From a virus (taxonomy: Duplodnaviria; Caudoviricetes): a DNA stretch of 64,000 bases. Below the pieces are notes generated by a model that made no database searches, had not been told where the DNA came from, and was given only the letters and a program-made list of their open reading frames with translations. This document shows positions 8,138 to 17,013 of the stretch, piece by piece. Made by a program: the position numbers and the translations under genes. The stretch covers positions 1 through 64,000 of IMG/VR virus record IMGVR_UViG_3300042888_002988. One strand, 5' to 3'. How positions within the stretch are numbered: the stretch's first letter is position 1; each line of letters opens with the position of its first letter.

Positions 8138-10294
8138 ATGATCAAAGCTGCCTCAGCCAATGACCTACATATCGTCGAGGGAATCATGGAACGGATTCAC
8201 CGCGAAGAGCCGTCGTATTGGCCCTACGGCCTGGCTACATCCCAGTTCAACGGCGGGCTCTATCTAGTGAAGGAATCGGCCACGACCGCCCCGGTGGGCT
8301 TCGTCGGCTGGCAGCGATTCGAGGAGAGAGGTAAGAACGTGGGTTACTACGCGGTGGGAATCCTGCCGGCGTATCGCGAGCGCGGGTTCGCCAAGTCAGC
8401 GGTGGCGCAGGTCATCCGTGAAGTGCGTGAGCACTGCGACGACGTGAAGGCCTACATCATGCGCCACAACGAACCGTCCAAAGCGCTGGCTCGTAGCCTC
8501 AGCGTGGACATCATCGAGAAGGCCGCCACAACCAAGCAGCAGGCCATTATGTCTGCGCTGGGAGCGATCGGTAGCGCGGCGTTCTTTGATCAAGCTGCAG
8601 ACCCGTCCGGGCGTGACATCGGAAGCACGTTCCAACCGTGGAAGTGGGACAAGGAACGTGCATTGATGGGCGGCTTGAACGCTATCTTGGGTGCAGGCGG
8701 CGGGGCTGCGGTCGCAAACGGCAACCCGCTTGTGGGCGCGAGCATCCTAGCCTTGGCTCCAGCAAAAGACCTGGCTATGAAAGGTATCGGGTCTCTTTAC
8801 AAGGTGGACAACGCGGCGACTGAAGCCGCCAAGAGTTTCGCGCACGAGCGCAGCCGCCCCGATCCGGAGACCGCCAAGAATGTCATCGAGTCCGTCCCCA
8901 AAGAAGTGTGGATGGGCGCTGGCGGGCTCGGCCTGGGCGCGCTGGCGCTGGCGCTCTACAACTCGAAGAAGAAGCGGAACCTGGAGGAGCGCAGACTGGC
9001 GCAGGAAGCGGCCGGCGTCGCCCGCGTCACCCTGCCCACCGATCAACCCGGCGACCTGGAGACTCAGATCCAGTTGCCCGTGGGTGACCTACACCTTTCC
9101 AACGCGATCCTGCAGAACCTGGGGCGCGACACCCGTCGACGCTTGCGCCAGGAGACCAGGCAGCGCACGAAGCGCCGCGGCGAGCGCAAGAAGCCCGCGC
9201 CGGAACTCGACAAGGCGGCGTCGCTCACGGAGCTGGTGCAGGAGCTCAACAAGTATGCGATGGGCCAGCCAGCGCCCGCCGGTAACGTACCGACGCCGCC
9301 GCAGCTCGGACAGAACCCAGCCATGCGAATGCAGAATCAGCAGGCCGCCACGGCGCAGTCCATCACTCCGGCCCCCGCTGCTAACCCGGCTATCATGCAA
9401 GCTGAGCAGAAGGCCATGGAGACCGAGCAGGCCGCCATGCAGCAGCAGGCGCAAACCGAGCAAGCTTCCCAGCAGGCCCAGATGGAGCAGGAGCAACGGT
9501 TCCAGCAAGAGCTGACCAAGAGCGAGCAGGAGAAGGAAACTCTCAAGCTGCAGCTCGAGAAAGAGAAGGCTGTAGCGTCGCTGCAGAAGGAGCAGGCCAA
9601 GGCCCAGACTGCGATGCAGAAAGCGCAGGCCGATGGCGCCGCGTCCGCCAGCGATGGTGAGAACTCGATCGCCGGGCGTCTGATCTCCAACCGCCTCGAC
9701 CGTCTACAAAGCCGCGTTGGCAGCATCAAGGCGGCCTCACAGGGCACCATGGATCTCAACGGCCAGACATACGTCACCGGCGCACCGCCAGCGCCGGTAG
9801 CCCCGACTCCTGCGCCAACTGGCATTCCCCGCACCGACGGCCACAACAATCAGCCTTGGAACATAATGATGGGCGACCCAACCAGCAACGCCGCAGTGGG
9901 CGCAGGCTACGGACCGACGTCGAAGCAGATGGAGGTCAACGGCACGGCCTACTCCACCGGGACGACAGGCGTCCCCGGTTCCATCGATCCCGCCACCGGC
10001 GGCAAGGTTCCCGAGCCGTTCAAGCACATCCGCCCAGAGGCTCCGCAACTCATCAACAACAACCCAGGGTCCAACGGGCTGTTCCCCAGCGTGGGGCTTT
10101 ACCGCGCATCCTATGGGGGCCTTCTGGACACCGCGTTCGACTGGACGCTCAAGAAGATGCTGACCACCCCCAAGCCGCAGCAAACCCGTTACATGAGTCA
10201 GGCGGCAATGACGAACGCGCCGGACAAGATGGGTATCATTCGCGATCTCTATAGCAACGCGATCACCACCAACCCGATGCTCGCCAACGTCTAA
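8138..10294 (+). CDS. GNAT acetyltransferase domain fused to hydrophobic, coiled-coil and low-complexity regions
   Basis: N-terminal GYYAVGILPAYRERGFAKSAV ... NEPSKALARSL (acetyl-CoA motif A and B); Gly-rich hydrophobic segments; Q/E coiled coil. Confidence 0.7.
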   Translation: MIKAASANDLHIVEGIMERIHREEPSYWPYGLATSQFNGGLYLVKESATTAPVGFVGWQRFEERGKNVGYYAVGILPAYRERGFAKSAVAQVIREVREHCDDVKAYIMRHNEPSKALARSLSVDIIEKAATTKQQAIMSALGAIGSAAFFDQAADPSGRDIGSTFQPWKWDKERALMGGLNAILGAGGGAAVANGNPLVGASILALAPAKDLAMKGIGSLYKVDNAATEAAKSFAHERSRPDPETAKNVIESVPKEVWMGAGGLGLGALALALYNSKKKRNLEERRLAQEAAGVARVTLPTDQPGDLETQIQLPVGDLHLSNAILQNLGRDTRRRLRQETRQRTKRRGERKKPAPELDKAASLTELVQELNKYAMGQPAPAGNVPTPPQLGQNPAMRMQNQQAATAQSITPAPAANPAIMQAEQKAMETEQAAMQQQAQTEQASQQAQMEQEQRFQQELTKSEQEKETLKLQLEKEKAVASLQKEQAKAQTAMQKAQADGAASASDGENSIAGRLISNRLDRLQSRVGSIKAASQGTMDLNGQTYVTGAPPAPVAPTPAPTGIPRTDGHNNQPWNIMMGDPTSNAAVGAGYGPTSKQMEVNGTAYSTGTTGVPGSIDPATGGKVPEPFKHIRPEAPQLINNNPGSNGLFPSVGLYRASYGGLLDTAFDWTLKKMLTTPKPQQTRYMSQAAMTNAPDKMGIIRDLYSNAITTNPMLANV

Positions 10295-12207
10295 TGCACG
10301 TAGTACGAAACAACCGTCTGGAGGAGATTCCAGATGACGACGAGGACGTTGACTTCGAATTGCCGACGGCGTCGCAGCAGTATGGGTCGCACACCAACAT
10401 GATCCCGCTGCAGAGCGCCGTGCAGACTCCGCGTCTGTTCTACGGCGGCCGGTTCGCGAACCAGGCACTTGCGATCGAGGGAGGAGAAGCACCGCTGGTG
10501 CAGAATCTCGACACCTCCGATCCGGACGGGCGCAGCTTCGACGAACTCGTCGGTGAAAAGCTGGGAGCCATCCGCGCACAGCGAGGCGGCCGTGTGATCG
10601 CCGTCACGCCTGATTACATGCGCGTGAGCTACGAGGACGGAACGATCGACGACGTCGGCCTCTACAACGACCAGCCCTTCAACCAGAAGAGCGGCATCAC
10701 GTCACGCCCGCTGCTGCAGAAGGGGGACACCTTCGCGCCGGGGCAGATGATGGCAGCGTCTTCCTACACCGACGACAACGGCGTGCAGAACATGGGCCTG
10801 AACGCCCGGATCGCCCTCGTGCCATGGCGTGGATTCAGCATGGATGACGCGGTGCCTGTGAGCGAGTCGTTCGCCAAGCGTTTGTCCGCCATCCAATACA
10901 AGGTCATCAAACAGGATGCCACCGACAATCTCAAGACAGGGCTCGGTCACTACCGCGCGCTGTTCCCCAACCGCTTCACAAAGGAGAAGCTGGAAAATTT
11001 CGACGAGGACGGAATGGTCAAGCCTGGCACCGTATTGGAGCCTGGTGACCCCATCATCCTAGCAACTATGCCGCGCACGCTGTCGTCCTCCGGGGCGAAC
11101 ATCGGCCGCCTGTCGAAGGCGCTCCGGCAGCAGCGGCGCGACGCCGCCCAGACGTGGCACGGCAACCAGCCGGCCCAGGTCATCGCGGCACGCCGCACCA
11201 AGAACGGCCACAAGGTCGTTCTCAAATACATCAAGCCCACCGAGGTGGGCGACAAGATCGTCTTGCGCCAGGGAGCCAAGGCCACCGTGTCCAAGATCAT
11301 CCCCGATGACCAGATGCCCCGCACCGAAGACGGGCAGCCGTTGGACGCGCTCATCAATCCGCTGTCGCTCGTATCCCGGGCCAACCCCGCGTCGCAGCAC
11401 GAACTGCGCCTCGGCAAGATCGCCAAGAAGCTGGGGCAGGCGCTGAAGATTCCGAGCTACCTTCCGAAGGGGCAGAACTGGAACGACTACATCGACCAGC
11501 TGGAGCAACAGCACGGCGTGCAGTCCCAAGAGATGATCTACGACCCCGAGTCCGGCCGTATGCTCAGCGCGCCGGTGACGGTCGGCTACGGCTTCATCAA
11601 CAAGCTACACCACACCAGCGAAGGCAAGGTGTCGGCCCGCGGCACCGGATCCTACGACCTCAATGAGCAGCCCTCGCGCGGCGGCGGCGAGATGGCACAG
11701 GCCAAGCGCTACTCCGGCCTCGAGAACTTCGCCACACTTTCCAGCGGCGCCTACGCCCTGATGCGGGAGAACTCCACGATCCGCGGACAGAAGAACCACG
11801 AGTTCTGGAAAGCCCTCCGCACCGGCAAGACTCCGCCGAAGGTTGGTGAGCCGTTCGTCTGGCACAAGTTCCGAGCTATCATGGCAGGAGCCGGTATGAA
11901 CACGCGCCCCACCGGCAAGGGCAAGTATCGCCTGGCGCCCTTCACCGACAAGGATCTGGATGAGCGGGATCCCGTGGACGTGGACAACGGCGAGATGGTG
12001 GACCTCCGCAGCCTCACTCCCGTGCAGGGCGGACTGTTTGACAGCCGCCTGCTCAATGGTGAGCGCTGGGGACGCGTCAAGCTACCACGCCCGGTCATCA
12101 ATCCAGCGATGGAAGAGACGGTGCGCACCATGCTGGGCATCACCAAGGCAGAGCTTGAAGAAGTGCTCGCTGGACGTGTGGCGCTGGCCGATGTGATGCA
12201 AAAATAA
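10294..12207 (+). CDS. rpoB: phage multisubunit RNA polymerase subunit: C-terminal half of beta fused to a beta' N-terminal fragment
   Basis: PWRGFSMDDA, GDKIVLRQGAK, INPLSLVSR, GYGFINKLHH, ARGTGSY and QPSRGG match RpoB regions; GGLFDSR...WGRVKL matches the RpoC N-terminus. Confidence 0.9.
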   Translation: MHVVRNNRLEEIPDDDEDVDFELPTASQQYGSHTNMIPLQSAVQTPRLFYGGRFANQALAIEGGEAPLVQNLDTSDPDGRSFDELVGEKLGAIRAQRGGRVIAVTPDYMRVSYEDGTIDDVGLYNDQPFNQKSGITSRPLLQKGDTFAPGQMMAASSYTDDNGVQNMGLNARIALVPWRGFSMDDAVPVSESFAKRLSAIQYKVIKQDATDNLKTGLGHYRALFPNRFTKEKLENFDEDGMVKPGTVLEPGDPIILATMPRTLSSSGANIGRLSKALRQQRRDAAQTWHGNQPAQVIAARRTKNGHKVVLKYIKPTEVGDKIVLRQGAKATVSKIIPDDQMPRTEDGQPLDALINPLSLVSRANPASQHELRLGKIAKKLGQALKIPSYLPKGQNWNDYIDQLEQQHGVQSQEMIYDPESGRMLSAPVTVGYGFINKLHHTSEGKVSARGTGSYDLNEQPSRGGGEMAQAKRYSGLENFATLSSGAYALMRENSTIRGQKNHEFWKALRTGKTPPKVGEPFVWHKFRAIMAGAGMNTRPTGKGKYRLAPFTDKDLDERDPVDVDNGEMVDLRSLTPVQGGLFDSRLLNGERWGRVKLPRPVINPAMEETVRTMLGITKAELEEVLAGRVALADVMQK

Positions 12208-12210
12208 CCC

Positions 12211-12239
12211 TTGAGTCCGGAGGGGCTGTGGGGTATCAT
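12211..12239 (+). promoter_or_regulatory. sigma70-type promoter
   Basis: TTGAGT-N17-TATCAT, 9 nt before the ATG at 12249. Confidence 0.65.
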
Positions 12240-12248
12240 AACCGCGCA

Positions 12249-12476
12249 ATGAATGATCTACAGCGACTTCAGTTAGTCGGAGCCACTGTCCGCTCCGGTT
12301 TCACCACCATGGAAAAAGCGGCGAGTTCTTCTCCGCAGCAACGGGAAATCCTGGAAGCAGGTTGGCCACGCCCTGAAGAGGGATTGACCAAGCTCGCCAG
12401 CCTCGCCCGCATGTTGGCTACCGGCATGCTGATTGAGGAAGCGGATCAAAGCATCGCTCAGGCGATGGCTTCGTAA
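12249..12476 (+). CDS. small protein with EKAAS/TKLAS motifs
   Basis: 75-aa ORF with its own promoter and terminator. Confidence 0.6.
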   Translation: MNDLQRLQLVGATVRSGFTTMEKAASSSPQQREILEAGWPRPEEGLTKLASLARMLATGMLIEEADQSIAQAMAS

Positions 12477-12503
12477 TCCGGCTCCGCGATCCAACAACTT
12501 TAC

Positions 12504-12536
12504 AAAAGGCATCCCCGTTCGCGGGGGTGCCTTTTT
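12504..12536 (+). terminator. Rho-independent terminator
   Basis: AAAGGCATCCCCG-TTCG-CGGGGGTGCCTTT followed by further T's. Confidence 0.85.
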
Positions 12537-12593
12537 GCGTTCTCCCCCCGGAGACAGGACGGACAAGCCGTCGTAACAACAACCAGCCCAGCA

Positions 12594-12926
12594 ATGAACA
12601 ATGCAACAGCAATCGACAATACTAACCTGAGCTCCCTCATCGAGGGTATTGCTCACGACACCGGACGCATGCAGAAGGCGAGGCATCATGCCATCGTCTT
12701 CCTCGAGAATACCCTGAGGGACAAGCCCGCCGAGTTCCAGGAACAGTTCCTGAAGAACATGAACAGACCATTCTTACAGCAGCTCAATCTGCAGGAAGAC
12801 TCTGATTTGGCGATAGCGGTCATCATTGGTTGTATCGAGGAGGAGGCCAGTGAACGCGGAGCCACAGAGGCTGACGCGTCAAGTATCCTCCGCCGCGTTA
12901 TCGGCATTATTATTGAGGACATCTAA
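12594..12926 (+). CDS. hypothetical protein
   Basis: 110-aa ORF with A/C-rich leader. Confidence 0.65.
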   Translation: MNNATAIDNTNLSSLIEGIAHDTGRMQKARHHAIVFLENTLRDKPAEFQEQFLKNMNRPFLQQLNLQEDSDLAIAVIIGCIEEEASERGATEADASSILRRVIGIIIEDI

Positions 12927-12935
12927 TCACAACAA

Positions 12936-12965
12936 CGAGGTGCCCGGAAGTCTCCGGGCACCTCG
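12936..12965 (+). other. 13-bp perfect intergenic hairpin (terminator or RNA-processing/stability element)
   Basis: CGAGGTGCCCGGA-AGTC-TCCGGGCACCTCG. Confidence 0.55.
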
Positions 12966-12984
12966 ATCATTTTCAACTAACCAC

Positions 12985-13473
12985 ATGCTACGCATTCACC
13001 TTGTCAACACTCGCGATAATATCCTTCGCGAGGACCTCACCCAGATTGTCTCGGATGCCGAGCAGATTCGACCCTACCACTCGGAACTGTTCAGGCTTTG
13101 CCAAGAGAAATCCGGCGTGGGGATCGCGGCCAACCAAGTAGGCCTACGCGAGAATTTTTTCTTTGTCACAGCCGGCGCGAAGTTTCCCACAGCGAAAGGG
13201 CACGCCAATTATGCCGCACACATGTGCATCAACCCACGTTGGATACCGGACCCCAAGTCGTCCAAGATCATCGACCACGAAGGTTGCCTATCATTGCCTG
13301 GTCGGGATTTCATGGTCGAGCGAGAGTCAGCAATTCTGGCCTGGTGGACCAGCGCCACAGGGCACGAGGTGCTCAAGAAGAAACTGACCGGCTGGGCCGC
13401 CCGTGTGTTTCAACACGAGCACGACCACCTGCGCGGCATCACACTTTTACAAACAGGAAAGGAAGTACAATGA
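12985..13473 (+). CDS. def: peptide deformylase
   Basis: All three PDF motifs present: GVGIAANQVG, EGCLSL, HEHDHLRG. Confidence 0.95.
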   Translation: MLRIHLVNTRDNILREDLTQIVSDAEQIRPYHSELFRLCQEKSGVGIAANQVGLRENFFFVTAGAKFPTAKGHANYAAHMCINPRWIPDPKSSKIIDHEGCLSLPGRDFMVERESAILAWWTSATGHEVLKKKLTGWAARVFQHEHDHLRGITLLQTGKEVQ

Positions 13474-14285
13474 CATCACTCTTTGATCACATCATGAACC
13501 TGGCCCGAGAGGCCGGAGCTGACAGTCCACAGCTAGGCGAGGACAGCGATGGCGCACCGGTAGTCGTGGATACCAATGACGGCGAATGCTACGTCATTGA
13601 GCTGCGTGCCATGTCGGGCGCGACCACCGTGGGATCGGGCTCTACGCCCGGGCTGGATCAGACGCAGGCTCTCGCCGAGGGCTGGTGCGTTATCGACGTG
13701 AACGACGGCAGCTTCCTGGAGATCCAGCGGAGCGATGAGGACAGTCGATTTTCTACTGATAACGGCGCAGACGCCCACGTGCGCCGCCGGGCTGACGAGG
13801 GCCGTGCGTATCACAAGAACGTGCTGCGCTACGTCACAGCGGAGAACCGCCGGCGTTACGAAGAGAATCGCGGACTCGTAGGCAGCATCTACATGGTGTT
13901 GCGCAGCTGGGACAAGGAGGCCGTCGCCGATCGGGCGATCGTTCGCGTGCGCGCGGACTACCAGCACATCCTGGGGCCCTATCAGGAGGCCGTGCGCCAG
14001 GCCGTCGGATCCAACCAAGACCTGGTCGATCTGGATGAATGCGCAGCCATACCGGATGTCACCTACGACAATGACGGACTGAAGTTCGCGGCGATGCAGG
14101 TGCATTCCGATCACCACGACTATCCGATCGGTTGCACCTGCGGAGCGTGCGGCCATTCGTTTCCGATTGACCCGTGCACCGAGGAGAACCTGAAGGCCGT
14201 GCTGGTCGAAGGTCGCCGCATCAACGTCGCGCGCTGTCCGCAATGCACAGCGCTGGCGCACCAACCCAAACCTAGAAAATCGTGA
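13470..14285 (+). CDS. hypothetical protein with C-terminal CxCxxC...CxxC zinc motif
   Basis: ATG overlaps the def stop; CTCGACG and CPQC motifs. Confidence 0.65.
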   Translation: MTSLFDHIMNLAREAGADSPQLGEDSDGAPVVVDTNDGECYVIELRAMSGATTVGSGSTPGLDQTQALAEGWCVIDVNDGSFLEIQRSDEDSRFSTDNGADAHVRRRADEGRAYHKNVLRYVTAENRRRYEENRGLVGSIYMVLRSWDKEAVADRAIVRVRADYQHILGPYQEAVRQAVGSNQDLVDLDECAAIPDVTYDNDGLKFAAMQVHSDHHDYPIGCTCGACGHSFPIDPCTEENLKAVLVEGRRINVARCPQCTALAHQPKPRKS

Positions 14286-14611
14286 GCAAGCACCAATCCA
14301 CTATCACCATTGCCGGCGTAAACACCAAGAAACTGGAGAAGCAGCGCAAGCATTTGCACCGGGTCATCAACGCTTTCCAGTGCGAGAAGCCCATACGAGA
14401 GAAGAGCATCGACGCGCTGGAGGGGCTGGTCAACATGCTGGACCACTGGTCCGACGAGGAGTATTACCTCAAGAAGGGTCGCCGGCCCGAAGGCCCGCAT
14501 TGGTTCGCCGTCGAGATCGACGGCTGCAGTCGTGAGCAAGCGGAGCGGGTGCTGCGTGAGCGGCTCGGCCACGACGAGGACTACGGTTTCAAATACACAC
14601 TCAACTGGTGA
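14282..14611 (+). CDS. hypothetical protein
   Basis: Translationally coupled ORF (GTGA overlap). Confidence 0.6.
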   Translation: MSKHQSTITIAGVNTKKLEKQRKHLHRVINAFQCEKPIREKSIDALEGLVNMLDHWSDEEYYLKKGRRPEGPHWFAVEIDGCSREQAERVLRERLGHDEDYGFKYTLNW

Positions 14612-15318
14612 TGCAAGCCCTACGCGCGTTCAACAATTTCACGATCCCGTTCAACAGCGGGTGGCCGATACACGAGGCATCATACCTCACCAATGGCAAG
14701 CCCAGAATCTTCTGGCGCGGCTACGGCTGGTGGAGCTACAAGACCACCGGCCCGAAGGCCTGGTCGGAGGTGGAAATCCCCGATCCGCCGAAGGAGCCGG
14801 ACAACCGATTCGAGTGGAACAACGAGGCCTACGCCAAGTGGTATCCGGAGTGGGTGGCCTACGCGAAGGAATATGGGCTGTCGGTGGCGGCGCGTGGCAC
14901 CATCTGCTGCGAGGCGACCATCGAACGCTACACGCTGGCGAAGTATACCCAGCGCGACCGCTATCCGCCGGACGCGCTGACTGTCCCGGTCAAGACGCTG
15001 CTGGGCCTAGACCCGCTCATATTCGACACGCTGCCGATGTTCCTGATGAACGCCCCCTACTCGCTGGACATCTGCAAGCTGCTGGACCGACTGATGAAGA
15101 TCCACGGGGTGGATCACGATCGATGGAACAACGAGGTGGACCAGTCGGCTGAGCAGTGGATCGCTGAGAAGTATGGCGACAAAGCCGCCGCGGCCGTTAA
15201 AGCACTGCTGCACTGGCAGCCGGACCAAGACCAGGAGGCCCGGCATCGCGCGGTCATCGAGGACATCTACAATCAGCAGCGCGAGGCCATGGCCACGTGC
15301 AAATCAGTAAAGTCATGA
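14608..15318 (+). CDS. hypothetical protein
   Basis: 236-aa coupled ORF. Confidence 0.65.
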   Translation: MMQALRAFNNFTIPFNSGWPIHEASYLTNGKPRIFWRGYGWWSYKTTGPKAWSEVEIPDPPKEPDNRFEWNNEAYAKWYPEWVAYAKEYGLSVAARGTICCEATIERYTLAKYTQRDRYPPDALTVPVKTLLGLDPLIFDTLPMFLMNAPYSLDICKLLDRLMKIHGVDHDRWNNEVDQSAEQWIAEKYGDKAAAAVKALLHWQPDQDQEARHRAVIEDIYNQQREAMATCKSVKS

Positions 15319-15611
15319 AGCTACCCGCCACGCCACCATTCGCACGAGAAGTAAATTTGGATGACCAGCAGGAGCTGGAGCACTTCCTGGCGTCGGCTGA
15401 GCCGGCCCGCGGGAGACTGCTTGCCAACATGCTGCGGTTCAAGGGACGGTTCGCCGTCCGGGCGGCCAACGGGCTGATGAACTACGCGCAGAACAAGCGG
15501 GCTGCCAACCTGCTGCGCTCCTACGGGGAGATTCAGCAGGCGCAGGGCTACGAGGCCATCTGCGATCGCATTTACAAGGAAGACATCCAACCACTCATCA
15601 AATGCTGGTGA
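15315..15611 (+). CDS. hypothetical protein
   Basis: ATGA-coupled ORF. Confidence 0.6.
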   Translation: MKLPATPPFAREVNLDDQQELEHFLASAEPARGRLLANMLRFKGRFAVRAANGLMNYAQNKRAANLLRSYGEIQQAQGYEAICDRIYKEDIQPLIKCW

Positions 15612-15626
15612 GCCATCATATAAATC

Positions 15627-15899
15627 ATGCCAGAAATACCACCGCACTACCTAGTCACATTGGACATTCGCTCCGGCGAGTATGAGAAACTGTCCAGAAA
15701 ATTGATCTGCGCCGATGATGAGATTGCCGCCGGCCGCGCGGCGATTGAGTCGGAGATGCACCACGACGTCGGAGAGGGGGCGGAGTGGGAGGACGATTGC
15801 AACCTCACGGACGCGCACGGCGAGTTCCACTACCGGGTCAAGTCTGTGGTGCCAGTTCTGGCTCCGCACGTTTGGGTCCTGCAAACCTACATGCGATGA
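15627..15899 (+). CDS. hypothetical protein
   Basis: 90-aa acidic ORF. Confidence 0.6.
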   Translation: MPEIPPHYLVTLDIRSGEYEKLSRKLICADDEIAAGRAAIESEMHHDVGEGAEWEDDCNLTDAHGEFHYRVKSVVPVLAPHVWVLQTYMR

Positions 15900-17008
15900 A
15901 ACGTCACATACAGATTACACCTGAAGTACAGGCGTTGCTGGACGCGGGCGCTCCCGTCGCCGTGGGAGTCTCCGGCGGCAAGGACAGCCAGGCGGTCGCC
16001 TGGGCGCTGGCCGAGCACCTGAAGGATTACCGCGGACCCAAGCTGCTGATCCACGCTGACCTCGGCGGGGTGGAGTGGTTGGACTCATGGCCGGCCTGCG
16101 AGCGCATCGCAGCAGCCACCGGCTGGGAGCTGATCTCCTGCACCCGGCCGGCAGGCGGTATGATGGAGCGCTGGGAAGCCCGGTGGTTGTCGTCCATTCG
16201 CCGCTACTGCGCGCTGGAGACCGTGGCTGTCGTCCTGCCGTGGTCAACACCCACCATGCGCTTCTGCACCAGCGAGCTCAAGGTCGGCCCCATATCGTCC
16301 ACCCTGAAGAAGCGGTTCGGTAAGGTGCCAATGCTCAACGTCACTGGGGTGCGCGCCGAGGAGAGTGCGGCGCGCGCCAAGCAGCCAGTTTTCGCAGTGG
16401 AGAAGAACCTACCGCCGGGATCCCTGGTGTGGCGACCGATACACGACTGGCTGCTGCAAGACGTCTGGGATGCCATTGCGGCGTCAGGGGTGGCCGCCCA
16501 CGAGGCCTACGACACGTTCGGCTCGTCCCGCGTCAGCTGCAGGTTCTGCATTCTGGCAAACGAGGCTGACCTGCGTGCCAGCCTCACCGATCCGGCTGCC
16601 GTAGCGATCTACATACGGATGTGCGAGCTGGAGCTGAAGAGCGCCTTCGCCTTCCAAGGCACCCGGTGGCTCACTTCACTGGCTCCCGAGTTAGTGCCCG
16701 ACGGCGCAGCTCGCCTGCGGGACGCTCAGGAACGCATGCTCCTGCGCCGGGACCACGAGGGGTGGCTGCCGAAGCACCTACAGTTCACCAAGGGCTGGCC
16801 GCACAAAGTGCCGTCCTTGACCGAGGCAGAGGCGTTGGCGTTCATGCGCCAGCAGATCTGCACCATGTATGGTTGGGACACCCCCTACCGCACCACACAA
16901 ACTGTTCGCGACCGATACCAGGAACTCTGGGATCAGAAGCAAGCACACGAAGAGAAGCTGAAGCAGGCCGCCGAAAAGAAGCGGATCAGAGCAGCGAAGA
17001 AGAAATAA
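15896..17008 (+). CDS. phosphoadenosine phosphosulfate reductase family protein (DndC-like, phage/MGE type)
   Basis: PP-loop VSGGKDSQA, CTSELK, GVRAEESAAR and RVSCRFC motifs. Confidence 0.85.
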   Translation: MKRHIQITPEVQALLDAGAPVAVGVSGGKDSQAVAWALAEHLKDYRGPKLLIHADLGGVEWLDSWPACERIAAATGWELISCTRPAGGMMERWEARWLSSIRRYCALETVAVVLPWSTPTMRFCTSELKVGPISSTLKKRFGKVPMLNVTGVRAEESAARAKQPVFAVEKNLPPGSLVWRPIHDWLLQDVWDAIAASGVAAHEAYDTFGSSRVSCRFCILANEADLRASLTDPAAVAIYIRMCELELKSAFAFQGTRWLTSLAPELVPDGAARLRDAQERMLLRRDHEGWLPKHLQFTKGWPHKVPSLTEAEALAFMRQQICTMYGWDTPYRTTQTVRDRYQELWDQKQAHEEKLKQAAEKKRIRAAKKK

Positions 17009-17013
17009 CGCCT

